From Amoebidium appalachense (lineage: Eukaryota; Protista; Ichthyosporea), in contig CAVNZM010000039.1 in NCBI GenBank assembly GCA_963693365.1, positions 1 to 39,966 on the forward strand: a stretch of 39,966 bases of DNA, given 5' to 3'. The notes below the pieces were generated by a model, which was not told the DNA's origin, ran no database searches, and saw only the letters and a list, made by a program, of their open reading frames with translations. Each line of letters begins with the position of its first letter. Positions within the stretch are counted from its first letter, which is position 1. The position numbers and the translations under genes were made by a program. Positions 27,128 to 37,166 of this stretch are shown piece after piece.

Positions 27128-27361
27128 TGGAGAACTTGGGAGGGGGGGGAGGGGGGGGGGGCAAGCACTGCAATGTTGAGTACATTGGGGCAAACAGAGT
27201 GTATACCGAGGGAGAGGGGGGCAGGGGGGGGATAATGGGCCAAACCTGTCCATCTTCCGTATTTGGGATAGTATACGTCGTAATGTAGCTGACATCCTGA
27301 CATCATGTGAGGTATGCAGCATAACATGCACCTCCATGCAACCCTACTTCTTAAGCGCCTA

Positions 27362-27427
<66 letters not shown>

Positions 27428-27512
27428 CGTGTGTGTTACAGTATGTGTACGTCAGAATGTGTAGGCGAATTGGTATGTGAGCATACGTGCATGAAATCGT
27501 GTAAACCCCCCC

Positions 27513-27547
<35 letters not shown>

Positions 27548-28127
27548 GGGGGAAGGCAGAACAACAAGAACAACAACAACAAAAAAAAACACCCCGCCTA
27601 CACCTTACTGACAGAGAGAAAAAAACCCACACTAATCGATCTTCACACCTTCCAGACTGCCTCAGGCCACAAGCGCAAACGGCAAGCACGGGTAACAGAC
27701 AAGGGCTACCTTGATCAAGAGGGGTTTCACGCAGCCTGGAGAACCCATTTCAAGGGTGTAAGTTTAAGCACCGAGACCACCAACTTCGTCAAATGTGAGT
27801 ACTGCTGCATTCTCAAGGCCCGCCTCAAGCTGGCCACCACCAATGCTGCAAGGATCCACATCCGTGAACTGCGGGAGGCACACATCAATCTCCAAAGGCT
27901 GGTGGCCCCCCCTCCCCCCCCCCTCCCCCCCCCCCCCCCCCCCCCCCACCCACCCACCAAACGCCATCACCACCACCACCATCATTACGTGCACGGCACA
28001 CACATACACAAAACCTTTACAACATCACACCTGACAACATCTTCCAAAGTAAACACCCACGCACGCACATTCACACACACACACACACACACACAAACAA
28101 GCATGCACACCTGCACACTCCCGCGTA

Positions 28128-28213
<86 letters not shown>

Positions 28214-28370
28214 CCACAACCACACAGTCCGCCTCCCCCTCCCCCCTCCCCCCATCCCCCCTCACACACACACACACAGTCACATGTTCTCGTGGAGGAG
28301 GGCAAAGAAAGGGGGGGAGGGGGGGGGGGGGCAGCGGTGTTGTGCATGTGTGTGTGTGTGTGTGTGTGTG

Positions 28371-28422
<52 letters not shown>

Positions 28423-28612
28423 GTGCGTGTGCGTGTGTGTGTGGTTGCGTGCGCGCATGCACGTGTGCGCAAGCACTTGGACTTCCCTCCCCCCCCCCCA
28501 AACACCATCACCACCACCACCATCATTACATGCACGGCACACGCATACACACAACCTCTAAAACAACACACCTGACAACCTGTTCCAAAATAAACACCCA
28601 CGCACGCACATT

Positions 28613-28662
<50 letters not shown>

Positions 28663-28726
28663 TGCACACCCGCACACCCGCACGTACCACACATGCACAC
28701 ACACAACCACAACCACACAGTCTTCC

Positions 28727-28762
<36 letters not shown>

Positions 28763-28849
28763 ACTTGAACAAAACACACACACATAGTCATGTTTTCGTG
28801 GAGGAGGGAAAAAAAAGGGGGGGAGCTTGGGTAGTGGCGTTGTGCATGT

Positions 28850-28922
<73 letters not shown>

Positions 28923-31133
28923 ACGTGTGTGCGCAAGCACTTGCAAGTGACTGTGTGTACGTGTGTGCCTGCGCGTAGGGTATTTGGGTTGGTATTTGGG
29001 TTTGTATCTGGCGACATCACATGTATTTCAAATCACCGCATCGCGCACATCTCTTTGGTAGCAACTTCCTGCAATCAAAGTATGTCACTATATACATACA
29101 CATATTCGCAACTAGAGTGCATGAAACCGCACAGCTTTGTCGTACACACACATATTCGCAATTATTAGAGTGCATGAAACCGCACAGTTGTGTCGTACAG
29201 CCATTGAAGATAAACGAGTGACGTCATCCTAGTACCAACTAGGATGACGTCATCCTAGTTGTAACTAGGATATATTGTCCTAGTTGTAACTAGGATCCAG
29301 AGTCCTAGTTGTGATTAGGATCGGGTCTCCTGGTTGACACTAGGATTAGGATCCTCCTAACCATATATATAGTGATTGACCATGAGATGTCACAGAAAGG
29401 AGAGAGAGAGCTATTACCAGCATCGGTCAGCTGCAATTCGGGAGCCACACAAGTACATGAGTGTCATCGTTGACTCAATGGACCAAGCAAAATCCGAAAT
29501 CCCGAACGTACATTGGAACTCCAAAGCCGCGAGCTCGATTCCCAAGAAGGCCGTTCGGATAACCAGTGTCCTCGTTCATGGCCGCACCCTCTACACAATC
29601 GTAGATGAGCACGGTCGCAAGGGTGCCAATGTCCAAATCGCGGCACTCACGTTGGCAATCGAGCGTGAATTGGAGATACGGGGCTCGTTGCCAGAGACGT
29701 TGTACGTGCAAATGGATAACGCCTCCGAGAATCATTGCAACGCAATGATGCAATTTTTTGAATTACTCGTTTCTAGGGGTGTGTTCACCACTGTGGAGTG
29801 TTCGTTCCTTCTTCCGGGACATACGCACGAGGATATCGATGGCCGCTTTCGGGGATTCAACCATTACCTGACTGAGCAACCGCCGCGGACTGTTCCCGAT
29901 TTGATGGAGACTTTGAAAAAGCGACCAAGATCGAAAGATTTAGCGCCGTATATTCGCCAAAGAGGGAGAGTGGTGGAGCCTCCTGAGGTGCACAATGTAC
30001 AAGCCATTCCAGAGTTCACAGAGTGGTTAGCCCCTTGCGCCGATCCCCTGTCGTACTTCGCAAAATGGCGATGCTTCCGATGGATCAAACTGGACACTGG
30101 CGTAAAATTTGAGGTTCGGCGACTTGCCAGCCAAGGCGAGTGGATAGAATGTCGAGGTTCGCGTAAGGCTCTTCTTCACACGCTCCCCAACCAGCCTGCA
30201 TCGATGTCAATCAAGGTGAACCAAGGGTCGTCTATTCAGCCTTTTCCGATTTGGCTACGCGAACAATGGGGCACACTTGGAAGTATGCTTGAGCGATTGG
30301 CTAAGGACAATGTATTTTTGGACCCTGATGGAGAGCACCTGGAGTGGTGGAAGGAGCAAGCGCAGAGTGCCGGATATGATACAGTGACAGGCGAGTTCAC
30401 GCAACCTGCGCCGGCATTCGAAAATGTCATTACGTTTCCCTTTCGGCTGGTTAGCGATTTGACATCCAATCGATCATACCCGCGACCGCCCCCTCCAGGT
30501 CTTCCGGCCATCCCGGACGAACTTGAAGATCCGAACAACAGAGATGGAGATGACTGCGACATACCGTGCATTGGGGCTGACGGTAGGAGGGAAAGGCGCC
30601 AAATCGTAAAATTTACAAACCCGGGTGCTCCCAACGAAAATGATTTTGTGTTGGTGCACACTTGGGACGACACACAGAATACTCCCGGATCAGACTACTT
30701 GGGGGAATTTTGTGTGGCGAAAGTAATTCATATTGAAAATCCAGAGGCCCTACCGGCTGATAGAACTTTTTGGGTGCATTGGTGGTGTCCTGATGGTGTG
30801 GCTAGTGATCTGAGATATGACGCAAAACTGCAACCTATGTTTATTCACAAGGAAGATCCTGCAAGGCAGACTTCCACTACCTTTCCAGTTTTGACTTGCA
30901 CAGATAAAAGTTTTCAGGGGTTCTATAGGCCGAATGTACAGAAGGAGCAGTTAAAGGAATATGTTCAATGGATAGACCCTGTGAAATTCGAGAATATGTG
31001 TGGGACGATTTCTACCGGAAGTAGTTTTCTTGGAAAATCGGGTAAGGGTAACAGGTTCAATGTTGTAAAATCTCAATTAATGGCATTGCTCGAATTAAGC
31101 AAATCGGAGGTCAAGCGGGGTTTGGAAAAATAA
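21757..31133 (+). CDS. Multi-exon Sola1-like DDD transposase (~1,050 aa)
   Basis: Exons 21757-22352, 22677-22799, 23216-23306, 24927-25184, probable 26753-~26857, 27656-~27897 and 29396-31133. Motifs in order: MTC|[10 protein letters not shown] (CxCxxxC), [11 protein letters not shown]...HGNTG...MP...LP...TK...Y, F..AW...[40 protein letters not shown]. These match the Sola1/DUF7869-type family as I recall it. Confidence 0.8.
29219..29346. repeat. Palindrome array R: 5 copies of TCCTAG-N6-CTAGGA
   Basis: Units at 29227, 29253, 29278, 29303 and 29328. Includes the perfect 24-bp palindrome aactaggatgacgtcatcctagtt (29237-29260). Lies in the last transposase intron. Confidence 0.9.
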
Positions 31134-31336
31134 TAGTACTGAACAAAAGTAAGAATCTTATCCATGTTTTAGCAAACACTTCTAAATTTTCGTAAAGTCT
31201 GATTGGTGTGAATGACGCATGGCTGTGCCAACCCATAATATTATAGCCTCAGGCATTGCCGGCAACTTATTTTTGACCCAAAATTGCAAAAATAAAACGG
31301 CAGAAATCGCTGCACGTGTCCATTATCTCAAAAGTC

Positions 31337-31924
31337 CTAAGTACCCTCCTGAGGGACCACCGGTTCCTCTAGAATCTCGCTCACGTCCAGCAACGTGGTA
31401 TTTCGAATAACCGACCAATCTACGTCATCGGGCGAAATTCTCATTGTAGGGCAGAAAGTCTTTCCGGGTGTAAAACGACGCAAAAATGTTGCCAATGAAC
31501 ACGGCAAAACGTCCGGGCTCAGCCAGGCGAAACTTCTATCCGATACAGGTTCAACAAGGATGACTTTCAACGCATCGGGTACCTGTCTTAGTGTCCCGGC
31601 AGCTTTTCTCACGTTGAGGAATTCAGAAAGCGAAGGTGTCGTGTTGTGTTCATTTGCAGGTGTGCGCGATGAATAGTGTGCATCAACGGATATGGAAGAC
31701 TGAGAAGGCGTCTGTGGCCTTGTTCCTGAGAAAGGTGTACAAACGTGGTCGTCGTCCCCTGCGCACTCGCCCAACGCGCACGATTTATGTACAGTCACAT
31801 CCAAAAACACATCATCTCCCCTCGTCACTAACGCTGCCTCAAAACATCGATCATCACCAGCTCTGACTCCAATAGTGCCTGGGGCGTGCAAGCGCAATAA
31901 GCATATAAACTGTGCTCTGTCCAT
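31337..31924 (-). CDS. Hypothetical protein (195 aa), intronless
   Basis: ATG start, non-repetitive sequence, CCAAT cluster upstream at ~32050-32165. No family recognised. Confidence 0.45.
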   Translation of the reverse strand: MDRAQFICLLRLHAPGTIGVRAGDDRCFEAALVTRGDDVFLDVTVHKSCALGECAGDDDHVCTPFSGTRPQTPSQSSISVDAHYSSRTPANEHNTTPSLSEFLNVRKAAGTLRQVPDALKVILVEPVSDRSFAWLSPDVLPCSLATFLRRFTPGKTFCPTMRISPDDVDWSVIRNTTLLDVSEILEEPVVPQEGT

Positions 31925-32385
31925 ATCTCGTGGAGTCTACGAATTCTTTCGTATTTTCGGCCTAGTGATGTAGTGCACTGTGGCGGCTTATTTGGCCAGG
32001 GCTGGCTTTTGTACGTTTTTATTTTTTTTTTTAAATCAAAGAGACGCGCAGCCAATCATTCACTCCCGATGAACCAACAACCAATCGTTAATTTGAAAGA
32101 AATTCGGTGATTGGATAAAGTACAGTCAACAAATGGGTTGTTGTCATGTGTCATTAATGATTGGTTTATTGAATGTCATGCCCTTTTTTTTGACTTATCA
32201 GATCGCTGATCTTCATCCAGTCATATATCTGAAATCCGCTTTCCTACGTTTTTTAATTGGCTACACGCCATGCAAGTGTTTTGGGCTTAAAGATCCCCGC
32301 GCTGTGGTTGGTTGCTCAATCGTATCACGTGGGAAGAGGCATTGGTATGTCGTTTTGCATTAGTGTGCCCCTCGGGTCGGACGTT

Positions 32386-32811
32386 CTACTCCGAGTCGCC
32401 GTCGTCGAGGATGGAATCCGTTTCTATATAGTTGTCCTTGTCCACGTGTTTGAGTGATTGCTTTGTGGCGAGGTCTTTGTCTGGTATGGCAGTCAGGAAG
32501 GATACCAGGTCGTGGGCCTTTTTCGTGTCCTTGAAGTACGTTTCGAGCTGACGGCGGAGATACTGTTCACTTAGTTGTGGCTTTTTGATTGATTCTTGAA
32601 GAATCAGAAGGTCTTTCGTAGGAAGCTCGAGTGACCTGACATTTCCAGACGACATGTACTTCAGAATAGCCTTCTTTATAGTATTCATTTTCTTGGTCAC
32701 GGGTTTTGTCTGTGCCGCGCGCTCCTTGATCTGTGCGTGGAGGGTTGCATAGTCACGCAAAACGCCCTTCAAGCTCTCTACGTTGGAGATCTCGGTGTTT
32801 GGTTTTCCCAT
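32386..32811 (-). CDS. DUF5760-like protein (family typical of Nucleocytoviricota giant viruses)
   Basis: 141 aa with the family pattern: coiled coil (LRDYATLHAQIKE...KKMNTIKKAILKYM), RSLELP...IKKPQLSEQYLRRQLETYFKD...KAHDLVSFL...KQSLKH. Recognised from memory, not by search. Confidence 0.7.
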   Translation of the reverse strand: MGKPNTEISNVESLKGVLRDYATLHAQIKERAAQTKPVTKKMNTIKKAILKYMSSGNVRSLELPTKDLLILQESIKKPQLSEQYLRRQLETYFKDTKKAHDLVSFLTAIPDKDLATKQSLKHVDKDNYIETDSILDDGDSE

Positions 32812-32937
32812 TTGCTATTACACACAGATAATATTTTGTGGTGTTTTCGACGATGTCGTGGTGCTTACGTCATCGAGTCTCGGTTCTGCTTGCGTCATCG
32901 ATGATTATAAAAGACGACGTCACCGACCGCGAGCCCG

Positions 32938-34221
32938 ATGTTTCGATCATTCGTTGGGTTTGTCCGTGTGAACCCCAAGATGCGTTTTGCGACGACCGGG
33001 GCGAGTTGTGTGCCGCTGTGCTTTTTCAACCACCCTGTCGAAGGAGCCTCCGTGTTCCTAGCCCGACCCCGTGCCTACAATCCATTTGGGGGTGTCGAGA
33101 GGTGGACCCTTGAGACGGGCCCCGTTGGCTTCGCGAGCGCTGGTCTGGCGCGGTTGTGCGAGTTAACCACGGCGTACGTCGTGCTGGTAGTCGATTATCC
33201 GACATTTGTTGTGTGGGGCAAATGTACAATCTCGTTGGTTAATCGCCATCGCGCGGAACCTGGCGTGGGCCAATCAGCGTTGCTGCGCGCGTCACCGGGC
33301 AGTGCAAACGCGGATCGCCGGGTTGGGGCCGTGTCGGGTGACATCCTCACGCTGGACGTCTTGCTGCCGTTCGATGTAACCGGTGCGCGTCTCGTGGGAT
33401 ACAACGGTCGCCGCGGGGTCGCGGTATTTTTGATCCACAGCAGCCCAGATCTGGGTGACTGGGCCTGTCCGCAGCTCCGTGGATATGGGATCGGTACTGC
33501 CGGAAACGGGAAAGGACCCGGGTTGCCGCTTTGGTCGATGGACCGACATGTGGTCTCCGAGCATCCGTGTTCAGTGGGTGACTCGCTTATTGTGTTGTGT
33601 CGGGGAGAGCGAGGATCGACGTTTGTTGTGTCGGTCGATTGGGTCACGGGTGCGCGGAACTGGAGTGTCTGTCTGGGTGGGTGGATGGGCGCGATGGGGG
33701 TGTTGTCGGTGTCGAGTGTTGATATCCGTGTTCTGTACCACAATCATGCGCCAGGTGTGGACGGGACGCTCGCGGTGGTGGATGCTATCGGTCTGCGGGA
33801 CGGCCGACTTCTTGGGACATGCAGAGCGGATATGCTGACGACTTGCAGACCTCATTGGTGCGGCGATGAAGTCGGGTGTGAATTCTGTTCAAATGCACCC
33901 CTCGAGCCCACACACCGATACTTCGCCAAGCGTGCGTTGTGTACTTGTTGGGTGGATATGTACGAGAGGACGGTGTTGTGCCGCGGTGGCGACAGATTGT
34001 ATGTTGGTCGTCTGGGTTTCAGTAGAGGGGATAGCGATGTGCTGATATACGAAGTCGGCGCTGACAATGTGGTGCGTCTTGTCAGCCAGCATCGCGTGTT
34101 TCTGGATGGTGTAGTGCACGCGCTGAACATGAGTGTCGCCAGTCGATTCGTTGTTTTGGGCGCACACGTGACCGCCGATGGAGGGAGTATCTTTCAGGTT
34201 TTCCGGTGGAATATTGAGTGA
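32938..34221 (+). CDS. Hypothetical beta-rich protein (427 aa), possible beta-propeller
   Basis: Long intronless ATG ORF, Val/Gly-rich, with PQQ-like blade motifs VVSVDWVTGARNW and AIGLRDGRLLG. Confidence 0.65.
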   Translation: MFRSFVGFVRVNPKMRFATTGASCVPLCFFNHPVEGASVFLARPRAYNPFGGVERWTLETGPVGFASAGLARLCELTTAYVVLVVDYPTFVVWGKCTISLVNRHRAEPGVGQSALLRASPGSANADRRVGAVSGDILTLDVLLPFDVTGARLVGYNGRRGVAVFLIHSSPDLGDWACPQLRGYGIGTAGNGKGPGLPLWSMDRHVVSEHPCSVGDSLIVLCRGERGSTFVVSVDWVTGARNWSVCLGGWMGAMGVLSVSSVDIRVLYHNHAPGVDGTLAVVDAIGLRDGRLLGTCRADMLTTCRPHWCGDEVGCEFCSNAPLEPTHRYFAKRALCTCWVDMYERTVLCRGGDRLYVGRLGFSRGDSDVLIYEVGADNVVRLVSQHRVFLDGVVHALNMSVASRFVVLGAHVTADGGSIFQVFRWNIE

Positions 34222-34229
34222 CGTGTGGG

Positions 34230-34493
34230 CTACTCTGAGCGTTGTGCGATTCTTGCTCTTCTCTGCTTGGTGTTGTGTATGTAAAGCAAGTGGTGTAAGT
34301 CAAGTTCTGATGGGATTTCGGTTAGCTCTGTCCTTGTGTTACGCAGGAGTATAGCGAATACGTGTCTGACAAAGCGCACGTTCAGTTCATCCGATGGTAG
34401 CTCGTCCAGGAGCGCGAACGCCCTGTATTTGTCTGTTGGTGTGTTTGTGTGGTTTAGGAACATACTTTTTGTGTGGTACAGATACAGATACAT
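34230..34493 (-). CDS. Small hypothetical protein (87 aa)
   Basis: ATG start; converges on the upstream gene with an 8-bp gap, consistent with virus-like packing. Confidence 0.45.
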   Translation of the reverse strand: MYLYLYHTKSMFLNHTNTPTDKYRAFALLDELPSDELNVRFVRHVFAILLRNTRTELTEIPSELDLHHLLYIHNTKQRRARIAQRSE

Positions 34494-34729
34494 TTGAACC
34501 TACCATCCTTTCCTAAACTTACCAACATGACCACGGGTCATGAAAGGAGCTAGGCTAGTGGCATGGTCATGCAAGGTTACAAGAACCTTGGCCTATACCG
34601 GCAAAGGCCCGTGGTTGCCCATGGGCAGCAGTGCCATTCGACTAGTTTCGCAGTCTCCTGTGTGCCATGCAAAGTACTAGTGTCGACATAGTATCGTCGT
34701 GTAATACCATCGAGCCCAAGTGTACAGTT

Positions 34730-35707
34730 TCACATGACCACTGATTCGATGTATCCTCGGGTGGGTGCGGTGTCGCTTGCAGGGCAGCCATGTGTGAGTT
34801 GCGTTTGTGTTGTGGATTGTGCGTACGGATCGAGCTTGCGTTCGTGGCCGACAAAGAAGTTGGTCGTGAGAGTCGCGATTGCTCGGCTTGACGCGAGTGT
34901 CACTTGATATGCCTTGAGGGATGCACACGCAAATGCTTGGTCGTCGAAGAAAGACTCGCATCTCGCCAGTGTTTTTGAGATTGTTGTCGAGCCGGATTTG
35001 ACGGCCGTGATCGTTCCACAGTCGTATAGTGGAAACGCAATATACGTGCCTTCAAAGGCACCCTTGACGGTCCAACAAGGACTCTGTTTGTCTCCGGAGA
35101 AGTGGATCAGTCCTGAAGATATTGCCCCGTGAACTGTCCCGTCGTATGTCATCCACGGAGACGATCCGTGTGTGAATACGCGGCCGCCGTGTACATCCAG
35201 AAATGCGATTCTATGGATGTTTGGGTCCCTCGGTGTGGCTATTTTCTGTTGGGGTTCGTTATTTTCCTGGTAGAGTCTTTTGTAATTGGCGAGTTCGTTG
35301 TGAAGCCTAATGTTATCATTTTCCGTCTCTTGTAATGAATTTATAAGCCTGTTCTGATTATTTAAGAGCTTGATGGCCTGGCTCATTTGTGACGTGATAT
35401 TTTCCAATCCCTTCTCGAGTTGGTCGTCTTTGGTTTTTTCTGTTGTGTCTGGTTGCAAATGAGCAGCCATCGTCGTGAAATGATTCAAAAGTTTGAGTGT
35501 GTGTGTGGAGGTTCTGTTAAACATGTTTATTATATTTTTAATGTCGTCTATTTTGGTTGGATCGTCGACGTCAGTACCACACCCAACTGTTCCCGATCCA
35601 GCGGTGTCGCCTTCTTTTGATATTTTCGATAACAATTCGACGATGTCATCGTGTGTGGCGGTCAGTGAATTCCGAATTCCGCTTAGAATTTCTTTGTCGG
35701 TTGACAT
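34730..35707 (-). CDS. Hypothetical coiled-coil protein (325 aa)
   Basis: Intronless ATG ORF with a heptad-rich N-terminal half (LEKGLENITSQMSQAIKLLNNQNRLINSLQE) and a globular C-terminal half. Confidence 0.7.
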   Translation of the reverse strand: MSTDKEILSGIRNSLTATHDDIVELLSKISKEGDTAGSGTVGCGTDVDDPTKIDDIKNIINMFNRTSTHTLKLLNHFTTMAAHLQPDTTEKTKDDQLEKGLENITSQMSQAIKLLNNQNRLINSLQETENDNIRLHNELANYKRLYQENNEPQQKIATPRDPNIHRIAFLDVHGGRVFTHGSSPWMTYDGTVHGAISSGLIHFSGDKQSPCWTVKGAFEGTYIAFPLYDCGTITAVKSGSTTISKTLARCESFFDDQAFACASLKAYQVTLASSRAIATLTTNFFVGHERKLDPYAQSTTQTQLTHGCPASDTAPTRGYIESVVM

Positions 35708-35812
35708 TTCTGTTTATCATTGTTGTGAAAATATCGGCACCGCCCGAGCGACAAATTGTTGGTCTCGTAACGGACACGCCAGTTGGCGAGTCGGACGGCG
35801 GGTTTGGGGTGG

Positions 35813-37050
35813 CGACCAATGGGAACGCGATGTTGGGGCGTGGTCGTGCGGTCAAGAGTTGGTTGGTGTGACGACCAATGGGAACGCGATGTTGGGGCGT
35901 GGTCGTGCGGTCAAGAGTTGGTTGGTGTGACGACCAATGGGAACGCGATGTTGGGGCGTGGTCGTGCGGTCAAGAGTTGGTTCTGCGCGGTCGTGCGGTC
36001 AAGAGTAGAAGCGTCATCGTGCGGTTAAGAGCAGAAGCGTCATCGAAGATCCTATCGTGTGGGACGGACATTCTGATTGGTGTGGCGACCAATCGGAACG
36101 CGCGGTTGGGGCGTGGTCCTGCGGTCAAGAGTAGAAGTGTCATCGAAGATCCTCTCGTGTGGAACGGGCATTCTGATTGGTGGGACGGAAGCAAGGGTTT
36201 GGTGTGGCGACCAATCGGAACGCGCGGTTGGGGCGTGGTCGTGGTCCCAGGACTGCGGTCAAGAGTAGAAGTGTCATCGAAGATCCTCTCGTGTGGAACG
36301 GGCATTCTGATTGGTGGGACGGAAGCAAGGGTTTGGTGTGGCGACCAATCGGAACGCGCGGTTGGGGCGTGGTCGTGGTCCCAGGACTGCGGTCAAGAGT
36401 AGAAGTGTCATCGAAGATCCTCTCGTGTGGAACGGGCATTCTGATTGGTGGGACGGAAGCAAGGGTTTGGTGTGGCGACCAATCGGAACGCGCGGTTGGG
36501 GCGTGGTCGTGGTCCCAGGACTGCGGTCAAGAGTAGAAGTGTCATCGAAGATCCTCTCGTGTGGAACGGGCATTCTGATTGGTGGGACGGAAGCAAGGGT
36601 TTGGTGTGGCGACCAATCGGAACGCGCGGTTGGGGCGTGGTCGTGGTCCCAGGACTGCGGTCAAGAGTAGAAGTGTCATCGAAGATCCTCTCGTGTGGAA
36701 CGGGCATTCTGATTGGTGGGACGGAAGCAAGGGTTTGGTATGGCGACCAATCGGAACGCGCGGTTGGGGCGTGGTCGTGCGGTCAAGAGTAGAAGTGTCA
36801 ACGAAGATCCTCTCGTGTGGAACGGGCATTCTGATTGGTGGGACGGAAGCAAGGGTTTGGTATGGCGACCAATCGGAACGCGCGGTTGGGGCGTGGTCGT
36901 GCGGTCAAGAGTAGAAGTGTCAACGAAGATCCTATCGTGTGGAACGAGCATTCTGATTGGTGGGACGGAAGCAAGGGTTTGATGTGGCGACCAATCGGAA
37001 CGCGCGGTTGGGGCGTGGTCGTTGTCCCGGGACTGTGGTCATGAGTAGAA
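35813..37050. repeat. Tandem array with CCAAT and GC boxes (59-, 122- and 134-bp units)
   Basis: Core cgaccaat(c/g)ggaacgcg...ggggcgtggtc at 35813, 35872, 35931, 36086, 36208, 36342, 36476, 36610, 36744, 36866 and 36988. Confidence 0.95.
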
Positions 37051-37166
37051 GCATGTCGTGTGTCTCCTGGCTATAAGAACCGTTGTGTGTGTGTCGGTAT
37101 GCTCATTCTGCAGTCGCAGCCTTCTTTTCGCATCTACTCTAAGCTCTCAACGAGGCTCTTTTCAAC

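Noticed and set aside
35878-37044. Repeated 99-119 aa ORFs
   Set aside because: By-products of the 122/134-bp tandem array. The unit lengths are not multiples of 3, and it is not CRISPR because the units have no variable spacers.
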